A stretch of 64,000 nt of DNA from Micrococcales bacterium (GTDB lineage Bacteria > Actinomycetota > Actinomycetes > S36-B12 > GCA-2699445), in the NCBI GenBank assembly GCA_032127075.1, contig JAQAZZ010000008.1:7724-71723 (forward strand), written 5' to 3'. Position 1 is the first letter of the stretch. Every line of letters begins with the position of its first letter. The translations under genes and the position numbers were made by a program. Below the pieces are notes generated by a model. It was given only the letters and a program-made list of their open reading frames with translations, was not told where the DNA came from and did no database searches. Shown here in pieces: positions 44,842 to 54,089 of this stretch.

Positions 44842-46275
44842 ATGAACCAACCGGTCCCCAAGCCGCGAACCTACCGCGTGCGGACCCTCGGCTGTCAGAT
44901 GAACGTCCACGACTCGGAGCGGATGGCGGGGCTGTTGGAAGCGGCCGGCTACCGTCCCGCACCCCCGGACGCCGACGCAGACCTTGTCCTCATCAACACG
45001 TGCGCGGTGCGAGAGAACGCCGACAACCGGCTCTACGGCAACCTGGGACACCTCGCCGCTCGCAAGCGGGACAACCCCGGCATGCGCATCGCTGTCGCAG
45101 GGTGCCTGGCGCAGAAGGACCGCGACACGATCCTTCACCGAGCGCCGTGGGTCGACGTCGTGCTGGGCACCCACAACATCGATGCGCTCCCGGTGCTGCT
45201 CGAAAGGGCGGAGCGGCTCGGCGAATCGCAGGCCGAATTCGCCGAGACGTTGCAGGCCTTCCCCTCGGACCTCCCGGTGCGCCGGCAGTCCGCCCACAGC
45301 GCCTGGGTGTCGATCAGCGTGGGGTGCAACAACAGCTGCACATTCTGCATTGTGCCGTCGCTGCGCGGGCGGGAGCGGGACCGCCGACCCGGGGACATCC
45401 TCGCCGAGGTCGGTGCCCTTGCCGAGCAGGGGGTGCGGGAGGTGACTCTGCTCGGTCAGAACGTGAACGCCTACGGTGTCGAGTTCGGCGACCGGCATGC
45501 GTTCGCCGATCTGCTGCGCGCGGTGGGTGGCGTGGCGGGCATCCAGCGGGTCCGCTTCACCAGTCCCCATCCCCGGGACTTCAGCCCTGAAGTGATCGAA
45601 GCGATGGCGGAAACGGACGCGGTGATGCCACACCTGCACATGCCGCTGCAGAGCGGCTCCGACGACGTGCTGCGACGTATGCGCCGCTCGTACCGGGCGG
45701 AGAGATTCCTGGGGCTCGTGGAGTCGGTGCGTGCCGCGATCCCCGAGGCCGCGATCACGACCGACATCATCGTGGGGTTCCCGGGGGAGACCGAGGCTGA
45801 TTTCGAGCAGACCTTGGCTGTGGTGGGTCGAGCGCGTTTCGCCGACGCGTTCACCTTCCAGTACTCACCGCGGCCGGGAACCCCTGCGGCGGGGTTCCCC
45901 GATCAGGTGCCGGCCGATGTCGTGGCACAGCGATACCGGCGGCTCGCCGAGGTGGTGGCGGACATCGCCTGGGACCAGAACCGGGGGTTCGAGGGCCAGG
46001 TGGTAGAAGTTATGGTCTCCGATTCGGGCGGTCGAAAAGACAGCGCGACGAAGCGTCTGACAGGCCGGGCGAGGGACAACCGCTTGGTTCATTTCGCGCC
46101 ACCGCCCATACAGGTGCAGCCTGGCGATCTGGTAGCCGCGCGGATCACGCGCGGAGCGCCCCACCACCTGCTGTCCGATGAACCCGGGGTGTTGCTCGGT
46201 GAGGGAACGCACGACCCGTCGTGCCGCAGACCCGACAGTGCGGTGGTTCTGGGGATTCCCACACTGAGGCGATAG
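44842..46275 (+). CDS. miaB: tRNA-i6A37 methylthiotransferase MiaB (radical SAM)
   Basis: Start trimmed from track ORF 44668..46275 to ATG 44842 ([26 protein letters not shown]). Radical-SAM motif is [16 protein letters not shown] domain lies at the C-terminus. Confidence 0.95.
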   Translation: MNQPVPKPRTYRVRTLGCQMNVHDSERMAGLLEAAGYRPAPPDADADLVLINTCAVRENADNRLYGNLGHLAARKRDNPGMRIAVAGCLAQKDRDTILHRAPWVDVVLGTHNIDALPVLLERAERLGESQAEFAETLQAFPSDLPVRRQSAHSAWVSISVGCNNSCTFCIVPSLRGRERDRRPGDILAEVGALAEQGVREVTLLGQNVNAYGVEFGDRHAFADLLRAVGGVAGIQRVRFTSPHPRDFSPEVIEAMAETDAVMPHLHMPLQSGSDDVLRRMRRSYRAERFLGLVESVRAAIPEAAITTDIIVGFPGETEADFEQTLAVVGRARFADAFTFQYSPRPGTPAAGFPDQVPADVVAQRYRRLAEVVADIAWDQNRGFEGQVVEVMVSDSGGRKDSATKRLTGRARDNRLVHFAPPPIQVQPGDLVAARITRGAPHHLLSDEPGVLLGEGTHDPSCRRPDSAVVLGIPTLRR

Positions 46276-46318
46276 GCAACTGCTGCGCGCCCGGGAACCC
46301 CCGGCGCGCAGCAGTTGC
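46276..46318. terminator. Perfect 16-bp inverted repeat between convergent miaB and the MT0933-like gene; likely bidirectional terminator
   Basis: GCAACTGCTGCGCGCC (46276-46291) and GGCGCGCAGCAGTTGC (46303-46318) flank an 11-nt loop. The repeat begins immediately after the miaB stop. Confidence 0.7.
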
Positions 46319-46323
46319 TCCGC

Positions 46324-46824
46324 TCACTTGTCGCTGCTGGCGTCCTCAGCCGCAGATTGGGCCTGCTGCGCGGCGTCTGCGGCAGCGTCCGTAGCGCTTT
46401 GGGCCGCACCGCTGACCGTCTCCTTGGCGCTCTGCAGGCCGCCGACGGCCTTCCCGGTCAACTCGTCGACCTTGTCGGTGACGCTGGACAGTTTGCCCCC
46501 GGTCTTCTCATCGACGAAGTCGGTGGCCTTGTCCACTGCGTCGGACAGCCGGTCGCCGTGGGTGTCGGCGAGGTCGGAGACCATCTCCCGAGCCTGCTCA
46601 GCCATCTGCTGGGCCTGCTCTTGCAGGTGCTGGGCAGCCTCGCTGGCCTTGGCGGCCATCTCGTTGGCTCGCTCGCCGCCGCGGGTCTCGGACAGTTCGG
46701 CCATGATCTGCTTGGCCTGCTCTACCATCTGCTGGGCCTGGTCCTGCAGTGTCTGGGCGGCTTCGGTGGCCTTGGCGGCCGTCTCGTTGGCCCGGTCTTT
46801 GATGTTCTCTGAAGCGTTGCTCAT
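46324..46824 (-). CDS. Repeat-containing hydrophilic protein with a C-terminal MT0933-like 'antitoxin' motif
   Basis: 166 aa, with no Cys, Trp, Tyr or Pro. DKATDFVDEKTGGKLSSVTDKVDE resembles the MT0933/Rv0909-type family as I recall it. The N-terminal half is a 41-aa tandem duplication. Confidence 0.7.
   Translation of the reverse strand: MSNASENIKDRANETAAKATEAAQTLQDQAQQMVEQAKQIMAELSETRGGERANEMAAKASEAAQHLQEQAQQMAEQAREMVSDLADTHGDRLSDAVDKATDFVDEKTGGKLSSVTDKVDELTGKAVGGLQSAKETVSGAAQSATDAAADAAQQAQSAAEDASSDK
46560..46805. repeat. Two copies of a 123-nt in-frame tandem repeat inside the MT0933-like gene
   Basis: GCCTGCTCAGCCATCTGCTGGGCCTGCTCTTGCAGGTGCTGGGC... starts at 46592. GCCTGCTCTACCATCTGCTGGGCCTGGTCCTGCAGTGTCTGGGC... 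starts at 46715. The period is 123 nt (41 aa). Confidence 0.8.
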
Positions 46825-46884
46825 TGGGCGTTGGCCCTCCTGATCAGTGGACGTGACGTGTGCAGCCTAGGGGATCATGAGGGG

Positions 46885-47862
46885 ATGATGCGCGAGGAAA
46901 CCCCGGGAATCGAGGCCGATGCACCAACCCCGGTTGTTGTCGTCACCGGGCCCACCGCATCGGGGAAGACGGAGCTGGCCATTTCCCTCGCCGTGAGGCT
47001 GGGCGGCGAGATCGTCAACGGTGACGCCATGCAGGTCTACCGGGGTCTGGACATCGGGACCGCAACACCTTCGGCGGCCCAACGGGCACGAGTGGCACAT
47101 CATCTCTTCGACCTCTGGGACATCACCCATGCGGCATCGGCGGCCGACTATCAGCGGGAGGCACGTGCGGTCATCCGCGACATCTGGTCGCGCGGCCGTG
47201 TTCCGCTGCTGGTGGGAGGTTCGCCGCTGTATCTGCGGACGGTGTGTGACCGCTTGGAGATCCCGCCGCGGGATCCTCGGCTGCGCCGGGAGTTGGACGA
47301 GCGGGCGCGGCGAGAGGGGCCCGCTGGGCTGCACGATGAGTTGCGCGCGCTCGACCCCGCCGCCGCCGAAGCCATCGACCCCCGCAATGTGCGCCGCGTG
47401 GTCCGGGCGCTGGAGGTTGTGCGACTCACCGGTTCGTTCCAGGCCCGGATGCCGGAGCCGCGGCCCTGGCGGCCGACGCTGTGGCTGGGCATCGATGCCG
47501 CGCGAGATGTTCTTGACGAGCGGATCGAGCGCAGGAGCCGGCAGATGTGGTCCGGTGGCCTGCTGGCCGAGACCGCTGAACTGCTCGACGCCGGTCTGGC
47601 GGCTGCACCCACGGCCGCGGGTGCGGTGGGGTACCGCCAGGCGATGTCCGTGCTGGCGGGGGAGCGGACGCCGGCCGAGGGTCTGGCCGACACGATCCGC
47701 GCGACGCGCCGGCTGGCGCGACGGCAGCAGCGCACGCTCCGCGGCGACCCGCGGATCCAGTGGGTCACAGCACCAGGTGAGGTGGAGCAGGCGCTGGACA
47801 TTCTCCGCGGAGCCCGCCTCAGCGCAGCCGGCGGTAGTACTCCGTCCCCAGCAGAGCACTGA
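46885..47862 (+). CDS. miaA: tRNA dimethylallyltransferase MiaA
   Basis: Start trimmed from track ORF 46831..47862 to ATG 46885. P-loop is GPTASGKT. Also VNGDAMQVYRGLDIGTA and HHLFD. Confidence 0.9.
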   Translation: MMREETPGIEADAPTPVVVVTGPTASGKTELAISLAVRLGGEIVNGDAMQVYRGLDIGTATPSAAQRARVAHHLFDLWDITHAASAADYQREARAVIRDIWSRGRVPLLVGGSPLYLRTVCDRLEIPPRDPRLRRELDERARREGPAGLHDELRALDPAAAEAIDPRNVRRVVRALEVVRLTGSFQARMPEPRPWRPTLWLGIDAARDVLDERIERRSRQMWSGGLLAETAELLDAGLAAAPTAAGAVGYRQAMSVLAGERTPAEGLADTIRATRRLARRQQRTLRGDPRIQWVTAPGEVEQALDILRGARLSAAGGSTPSPAEH

Positions 47863-48580
47863 AGACCGGTCGCGGAAGGCGCAGCAGCGCTGCGAGGGTC
47901 CTCACATCGGCGCCGGTCGTCTGACTCGCGTGGGCGCGCATCGCGGCGCGCTTGGCATCGACGTGGGCGCGGACATCCACCCGGTGGGTGATCTGGGCCC
48001 ACGGGGTGAAACTGGTCTCGAACTGCGCCCTGTCGAAATCCGCTGGCATCGGCAGGACCGCGTCGGCGGCCCTGGCACCCCAGGCGAACGGCTCGCGCGG
48101 CGCGGTGGCGGCGAAGACGGCGCGGGTGCCGGCGAGGATGGCCGAAGCGATACCGGCTGAATGGATCACCTTGTGATCCGGGTGGCCGTAGCCGCCGGCC
48201 TCGTCGTACACCACCAGTGCGTCAGCCTTCTCGTCGACCAGGAGCCCGCTAACCCGGTGGGCGACTTCTGCCGGGTCGGCCGCGCACAGCGTTGTCGAAC
48301 CCGGCGGCGGCACCCGCCGGCCGTCCAATCCGGAGTCGGCGTAGTGCAACAGCTCCAACCGCTGGACGCCGAGGATCCGTGCAGCCAGGCGCAGTTCGGA
48401 TTCCCGCACCTCGCCCAGCCCGGCAGAACGCAGCTCCTCGGCGGCGAGACCGGCATCGCCGCTGGTGGCGGTGACCAGCACCACACGATGGCCCTCGGCG
48501 GCGGCCCGGGCCATGGTGCCGGCCGTCAGCAGGGCCTCGTCGTCGGGGTGGGCATGGAAGAACACAAGGGTGCGCGGCAC
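47819..48580 (-). CDS. PIG-L family N-acetylglucosaminyl deacetylase (MshB/BshB-like fold)
   Basis: Start trimmed from track ORF 47819..48649 to GTG 48580 (VPRTLVFFHAHPDDEALL; AHPDDE is the family signature). Also GGYGHPDH. The 3' end overlaps the miaA 3' end by 44 nt. Confidence 0.8.
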   Translation of the reverse strand: MPRTLVFFHAHPDDEALLTAGTMARAAAEGHRVVLVTATSGDAGLAAEELRSAGLGEVRESELRLAARILGVQRLELLHYADSGLDGRRVPPPGSTTLCAADPAEVAHRVSGLLVDEKADALVVYDEAGGYGHPDHKVIHSAGIASAILAGTRAVFAATAPREPFAWGARAADAVLPMPADFDRAQFETSFTPWAQITHRVDVRAHVDAKRAAMRAHASQTTGADVRTLAALLRLPRPVFSALLGTEYYRRLR

Positions 48581-48660
48581 GTCCGTATCTTTCCCCAGCC
48601 CAACCCGGTTGGCAGCACGGGGGGCGCTAGCCTCGGGGCAACCCGGCACGAGGACGAAGC

Positions 48661-49794
48661 TTGCGGATCACCCACATCAGCGACTGCTACCTGCCCCGGC
48701 TCGGCGGCATCGAGGTCCAGGTGACCGAGTTGACCCGGCGCCAGGCCGCGGCAGGGGACCATGTCGACGTCCTCACTGCCACGCCCGGCGACGACGTGCG
48801 TTCCGGGGTCGAGCGGTTGGATGGGGTGACCGTGCACCGGGTGACCGCGCGGATGCCCTTTGAACTGCCCGTGCGCCCAAGGACCCGGGCGGCGTTGGCG
48901 CCGATTCTGGCGAGGCTGCGGCCGGATGTGGTCCATGTCCACTTGGGCCTGGTTTCGCCGTTCGCCTGGGGCGGGATCCGCGCGGCCGTGCAGGTCGGGG
49001 TCCCAGTTCTGGCGACGGTGCACAGCGTCTGGGGTGCTGGTGCGCGATCCGGCTACGGCGCCGCGAACACCCTGTTCCATTGGGGCCGAGCCGGCGTGCA
49101 GCCCGCCGCTGTCAGCCGGGTGGCAGCGGATCGGATAGCGGCGATCCTGCCGGGGGGCACGCCGGTGTTGATCACACCGAACGGTGTGGATCCGGTGCAG
49201 TGGAGCCCCGCGGGTCGGCGCGCCCCCGAGCCGGGCTCGCCGGTGGTCTTTGTCGCCGCAATGAGGCTGGCTCCCCGCAAGCGCGCCGCTGAGTTGCTGG
49301 ACATGTTCGCCGGCGCCCAGGCCAAGTGTGCCGCCGTCCAGCCGATCAGGCTGCTGATCGCCGGCGACGGGCCGCACCGGTCCAGGTTGGCCGCCCAGGT
49401 GCGCGAACGCGGGCTGTCCGCGGATGTGGAGTTCCTCGGGCGGATGCCGCGCCCCGAGTTGCGTGCGCTGTATCTCGAAAGCGATGTGTTCGTGCAGCCG
49501 TCGGTCAAGGAGAGTTTCGGCTTGGCGGCCCTGGAGGCCCGCACCACCGGGCTGCCGGTCATAGCGCGCAGCCAGACCGGTCTCACCGAGTTCATCCACG
49601 ACGGCGTCCAGGGCCTGCTCTGCGCCGACGATGAGGCCATGGCCCAGGCCATGGCCCGCATTGCCCTCGACGCGTCGCTGCGCCGTCGGATAACAGACCA
49701 CAATGTCGGCCACGAGCCCGAGCAGGTGTGGTCCCGCGTCTTGCCGGGGCTGCACGCCTCCTACGGTGCTGCCAGGCGGCGCGCGGGTCGATGA
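48661..49794 (+). CDS. GT4-family (GT-B fold) glycosyltransferase
   Basis: N-terminus RITHISDCYLPRLGGIEVQV and C-terminal ESFGLAALEARTTGLPVIA (the E-x7-E region). TTG start. It is divergent from the PIG-L gene. Confidence 0.85.
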   Translation: MRITHISDCYLPRLGGIEVQVTELTRRQAAAGDHVDVLTATPGDDVRSGVERLDGVTVHRVTARMPFELPVRPRTRAALAPILARLRPDVVHVHLGLVSPFAWGGIRAAVQVGVPVLATVHSVWGAGARSGYGAANTLFHWGRAGVQPAAVSRVAADRIAAILPGGTPVLITPNGVDPVQWSPAGRRAPEPGSPVVFVAAMRLAPRKRAAELLDMFAGAQAKCAAVQPIRLLIAGDGPHRSRLAAQVRERGLSADVEFLGRMPRPELRALYLESDVFVQPSVKESFGLAALEARTTGLPVIARSQTGLTEFIHDGVQGLLCADDEAMAQAMARIALDASLRRRITDHNVGHEPEQVWSRVLPGLHASYGAARRRAGR

Positions 49795-49822
49795 CCCGCC
49801 GGCTTGCGCCTAGTCTGGACAG

Positions 49823-50665
49823 GTGACCACCGCCGTCGGCTTCCTCAAGGGGCATGGGACGGGCAATGATTTTGTGATCCTGCCCGACCCGGCAGCCGCC
49901 CTGGATCCGACACCTGCCCAAGTCCGCGCTCTGTGCGATCGGCGCTTCGGCCTCGGGGCCGATGGCATCCTGCGGGTCGTGGCCTCCGCCGCAGCCGACG
50001 TGCCGGCGTGGATGACCGCCGGCTCCGGGTGGTTCATGGACTACCGCAACGCCGACGGCACGCTTGCGGAGATGTGCGGCAACGGGGCGCGGGTCTTCGC
50101 CCGCTACCTCGTTGCGACCGGCCTCGAAGCGGCGGGCGAGTTCCTCATAGGAACCAGGAGCGGGCCGCTGACTGCGACGGCGGCGGCGGATGGTCCGGTG
50201 GCCGTGGCCATGGGGCCCGTCGACGTGCGCGACCCGGGCGGTGTCCTGGTGGAACTGGACGGGCGCACGTGGCCGGCAACGGCTGCCTTCGCGCCCAACC
50301 CGCATGCCGTGGCGTTCGTGGAATCCATGGCTCAACTGCACGACATCGGCGGGTCGCATGCGGGGCCGGACGGGGTGTTCCCCGACGGGGTCAACGTCGA
50401 GTTCGTCGAGGTCGCGGGCCCGGGCCGGGTCGCCATGCGGGTCAACGAGCGCGGTTCGGGGGAGACCCTCTCCTGTGGCACGGGGGCATGCGCGGTGGCG
50501 GCGGTCCACCGCCGTGTCGCAGGTCTGGACTCCGACACGGTCGAGGTGAGCGTTCCGGGGGGCGAGCTGAGCGTCCGGTTCGGACCCGACGGCGCTGTGC
50601 TGTCCGGCCCTGCGCAGATCATCGCCAGCGGACAGCTGGATCCATCGTGGTGGGGATCCCGATGA
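49823..50665 (+). CDS. dapF: Diaminopimelate epimerase
   Basis: Motifs GHGTGNDFVIL, EMCGNGARV and SCGTGACA (both catalytic Cys regions). Confidence 0.95.
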   Translation: MTTAVGFLKGHGTGNDFVILPDPAAALDPTPAQVRALCDRRFGLGADGILRVVASAAADVPAWMTAGSGWFMDYRNADGTLAEMCGNGARVFARYLVATGLEAAGEFLIGTRSGPLTATAAADGPVAVAMGPVDVRDPGGVLVELDGRTWPATAAFAPNPHAVAFVESMAQLHDIGGSHAGPDGVFPDGVNVEFVEVAGPGRVAMRVNERGSGETLSCGTGACAVAAVHRRVAGLDSDTVEVSVPGGELSVRFGPDGAVLSGPAQIIASGQLDPSWWGSR

Positions 50666-52065
50666 CCGCCATCGGACCCGACGGTGAACTCCAGATCGAG
50701 GAGAGGCAGGCGCTGCGACGCTTCGACGGGCTGTCCACCGAGCTCACGGATATCACCGAGGTGGAGTACCGCCAGTTGCGGCTGGAGCGGGTTGTGCTGG
50801 TGGGGGTGTGGACGGCGGGGACATCTCGTCAGGCGATGCTCTCGCTCGCCGAACTCGCCCGGCTGGCCGAGACCGCCGGGTCGCAGGTGCTGGACGCGGT
50901 CGTTCAGCGTCGCAGCAAACCCGACCCTGCGACGTACATCGGCAGCGGCAAGGTCGAAGAGTTGGCGCTGATCGTGCGTGCAGAAGGTGCCGACACGGTC
51001 ATCTGCGACGGGGAGCTGTCACCGGGCCAACTGCAGGCGCTGGAGAAGGCCCTGCAGGTCAAGGTCGTCGACCGCACCTGGCTGATCCTGGACATCTTCG
51101 CTCAGCATGCCCGCAGCCGCGAGGGCAAGGCCCAGGTGGAGTTGGCCCAATACGAATACATGCTGCCGCGCCTGCGCGGTTGGGGGGAGACCCTCAGCAG
51201 GCAGACCGGGGGCATCGGCGCACGCCGGGGACCGGGCGAGACGAAACTGGAGATCGACCGTCGGCGGGTCCGGACCCAGATGGCCCGGCTCAGGCGGCAG
51301 CTGGCCGTCATGGCGCGCGCCCGCGATGTCCAGCGGTCGGACCGTCGCAGTCGCGCGACCCCGGCGGTGGCGATAGTCGGATACACGAATGCCGGCAAAT
51401 CGTCGCTGCTGAACCGGCTCACCGACGCCGACGTGCTGGTCCAAGACTCCCTGTTCGCCACGCTGGATCCGACGGTACGGCGCTCCCGCACCGCGGCCGG
51501 ACGCGAGTACACCGTGGCTGACACGGTCGGGTTCGTCCGGCATCTGCCCCACCAACTGGTCGCGGCCTTCCGATCCACCCTGGAAGAGGTCAAGGACGCA
51601 GATCTGCTCCTCAATGTCATCGACGGTGGGGATCCGGAACCGCTCGGCCAGTTGGCGGCGGTGCGGGAGGTCTTGGCGGAGATCGGTGCCGGGGGTGTGC
51701 CCGAGCTCGTCGTGGTGAACAAGGTGGAACTCATCGATTCCGCTGGACTCGCCGAGATCCGCCACCGGGAACCGAGGAGCATCGCGGTGTCCGCCCATGC
51801 GGGAACCGGCCTGGCGGACCTGCGGGCGACGATCGACCGGGAACTGCCGCAGCCGGGTACCCGGGTGGATGTGCTGGTGCCGTTCGCACGCGGCGAGCTC
51901 ATGTCCTCGCTGCATGAGCACGGCCACATCCTCAGCAGCGACTACACCGCGGCGGGCACCAGGGTCTCCGCGCTGGTGCCGGGCTGGCTGGCGTCCCGCC
52001 TGGATGCGCTGGACGAGCAGGACGAGCAGGACGAGCAGGACGAGCAGGACGACGGCGACGCCTGA
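50662..52065 (+). CDS. hflX: GTPase HflX
   Basis: Start trimmed from track ORF 49933..52065 to ATG 50662, with an ATGA overlap with dapF. Motifs GYTNAGKSSLLNRL, DTVGF and NKVE. The C-terminal tail is acidic. Confidence 0.95.
   Translation: MTAIGPDGELQIEERQALRRFDGLSTELTDITEVEYRQLRLERVVLVGVWTAGTSRQAMLSLAELARLAETAGSQVLDAVVQRRSKPDPATYIGSGKVEELALIVRAEGADTVICDGELSPGQLQALEKALQVKVVDRTWLILDIFAQHARSREGKAQVELAQYEYMLPRLRGWGETLSRQTGGIGARRGPGETKLEIDRRRVRTQMARLRRQLAVMARARDVQRSDRRSRATPAVAIVGYTNAGKSSLLNRLTDADVLVQDSLFATLDPTVRRSRTAAGREYTVADTVGFVRHLPHQLVAAFRSTLEEVKDADLLLNVIDGGDPEPLGQLAAVREVLAEIGAGGVPELVVVNKVELIDSAGLAEIRHREPRSIAVSAHAGTGLADLRATIDRELPQPGTRVDVLVPFARGELMSSLHEHGHILSSDYTAAGTRVSALVPGWLASRLDALDEQDEQDEQDEQDDGDA
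52012..52047 (+). repeat. Four perfect tandem copies of GACGAGCAG (encoding DEQ) at the 3' end of hflX
   Basis: GACGAGCAG is read directly four times at 52012-52047, followed by GACGACGGCGACGCC and the stop. Confidence 0.9.
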
Positions 52066-52157
52066 GCCGCGGAGTCCCGGGCCGCCTCGGTGGTACCGCC
52101 GTCCCCAGCGGGACGGTCCCGACGAGCTGCTCGCTCCGTGCCGCGTACGGTGGTCGG

Positions 52158-54089
52158 ATGACACTTCCGGCGCTCGACCTGTTGGACCGCATCGTCGAGT
52201 CCATGTCCGGCACCCGGCGGCCGAACCAGGAGCAGATGACCGCCGCCGTCGCCGAGGCGCTCGACGACGGCCGCGTGCTGCTGGTGCAGGCGGGCACCGG
52301 CACCGGCAAGTCCCTGGGCTACCTCGCCGCTGCCGTTTCGGCTGCTCGGTCCGACGGTCTGCGCACCGTGGTCTCCACCGCGACCCTGGCGCTGCAGCGC
52401 CAGCTGCTCGAGCGTGACCTCCCCGCTGCGATGGATGCTGCCGCCGACCCCGGAATCTCTGCGGCGGTGCTGAAGGGCAGGGGCAACTACTTGTGTCGGG
52501 CCAGGCTGGCGGGCCGCGGCGTTGATGAATCGCAGGAGGAACTGGGTGTGGCGGTGGTCGGCGGAGGGCTGGAGCGGCAGGCCGCCGAACTCCGGCAGTG
52601 GGCTGACGAGACCCGGACCGGCGACCGTGATGACTTCCGGCAGCCCGTGGACTCCAGGGTCTGGCGCGCGCTGTCGGCCACCGGAAGGGAATGTGTGGGA
52701 CCGAGCCGGTGTGCCTTCGCCGCCGACTGCTTCAGCGAACAGGCCAAGCAGCGAGCCGCGGCCGCCGACATCGTGGTCACCAATCACGCCCTTCTCGCCC
52801 TCGATGCCCTGGATGACGCGGCTCTGCTCCCCGAGTACGACGTGCTCGTCATCGACGAGGGCCACGAATTCGCCTCGCGGGTGACCGCGGCTGGTACCGA
52901 GCAACTCGGCGCGACCCAGGTGGAGCGGGCGATCGCGGCCGCACGCCCGCTGGTGCAGCCGGATCCGCTGGAGCGGCTGAAGGAGGCTGCCGACGGGCTG
53001 GCGACCGCGGTGGATTCCCTGCCCGACGAGCGGCAGCGGCTGACCCGCACACCGCCGGCGGTGGTGGCGGCGCTGGCCTCCCTGCGCGACGCCTGCACAG
53101 TGGCCGTGGGTTCCCTGCCACGCGACGACGACTCAGATTCCCACCGCCGGCACCGGGCCACGGCGGGTCTGACCGACGTCCACGACATCGCCGGGCGGTT
53201 GATAGCAGCGGCCGAGCGGGACGTCGTGTGGTTCGGTGGGTCACGGGATCCCCAGCTCTACGTGGCTCCGCTGAATGTGGGCGGGTTGGTCGGTGACTAC
53301 CTGCAGCAGCGCCGCGCCGCCATCCTCACCAGCGCCACGCTGACCGTGGGAGGCCGCTTCGAGACGGTCGCCGGCGATCTGGGCCTGGGCGCGGAGTGGA
53401 CCGGCATCGATGTCGGATCCCCGTTCGACTACCACCGCCAGGGGATCCTCTACATGGCCGCCGACCTGCCCGGGCCCGGACGGGACGGGCCGTCGGAGGT
53501 GATGCTCGACAGGCTGCGCGAACTTGTCGGTGCCGCGGGCGGCCGAAGCCTGGTGCTGCTGTCGTCGTGGCGAGCCGTGGAGCGCGTCGCGTCGCACCTG
53601 GCGGACAACCCCGTGCCGGACGCCGAACTGCTGGTGCAGCAGCGGGGGGATCCTGTGGCGGGATTGGTGGCACGGTTCGCCGACGACGAGACCAGCGTGC
53701 TCGTCGGCACCATGTCGCTGTTCCAGGGTGTGGATGTGCCCGGTCGCGCCTGCATCAGCGTCATCATCGACCGCATCCCCTTCCCCCGGCCGGACGACCC
53801 GGTTCTGCAGGCCCGGGCCGAGAAGGTTGAGCAAGGCGGCGGCAACGGATTCATGACCGTGTCCGTGCCACGTGCCGCGCTGCTGCTGGCCCAGGCGTCC
53901 GGACGGCTGATCCGCAGCGACGAGGACCGGGGGGTTGTCACTGTCTTGGATCCACGGCTCGCGACCGCACGCTACGGCGGCTACCTGCGGGACTCCCTGC
54001 CGAGGTTGTGGGCGACCACGGACGCAGACGTCGCAATCGCGGCTCTGCGCCGGTTGGCGGCCCGGCAGGCTGCTCCGGCGACGTCATAG
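52158..54089 (+). CDS. dinG: DinG/Rad3-family ATP-dependent DNA helicase (Fe-S type)
   Basis: Walker A AGTGTGKS and DEGH box (VIDEGHEF). Four Cys residues between them (YLC, ECVG, RCAF, DCF) suggest an Fe-S domain. Length 643 aa. Confidence 0.85.
   Translation: MTLPALDLLDRIVESMSGTRRPNQEQMTAAVAEALDDGRVLLVQAGTGTGKSLGYLAAAVSAARSDGLRTVVSTATLALQRQLLERDLPAAMDAAADPGISAAVLKGRGNYLCRARLAGRGVDESQEELGVAVVGGGLERQAAELRQWADETRTGDRDDFRQPVDSRVWRALSATGRECVGPSRCAFAADCFSEQAKQRAAAADIVVTNHALLALDALDDAALLPEYDVLVIDEGHEFASRVTAAGTEQLGATQVERAIAAARPLVQPDPLERLKEAADGLATAVDSLPDERQRLTRTPPAVVAALASLRDACTVAVGSLPRDDDSDSHRRHRATAGLTDVHDIAGRLIAAAERDVVWFGGSRDPQLYVAPLNVGGLVGDYLQQRRAAILTSATLTVGGRFETVAGDLGLGAEWTGIDVGSPFDYHRQGILYMAADLPGPGRDGPSEVMLDRLRELVGAAGGRSLVLLSSWRAVERVASHLADNPVPDAELLVQQRGDPVAGLVARFADDETSVLVGTMSLFQGVDVPGRACISVIIDRIPFPRPDDPVLQARAEKVEQGGGNGFMTVSVPRAALLLAQASGRLIRSDEDRGVVTVLDPRLATARYGGYLRDSLPRLWATTDADVAIAALRRLAARQAAPATS

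Noticed and set aside
52012-52047. Tandem repeat considered as a CRISPR or minisatellite.
   Set aside because: The unit is 9 nt with no spacers. It is in frame inside hflX and encodes DEQ repeats. It is not a CRISPR array.
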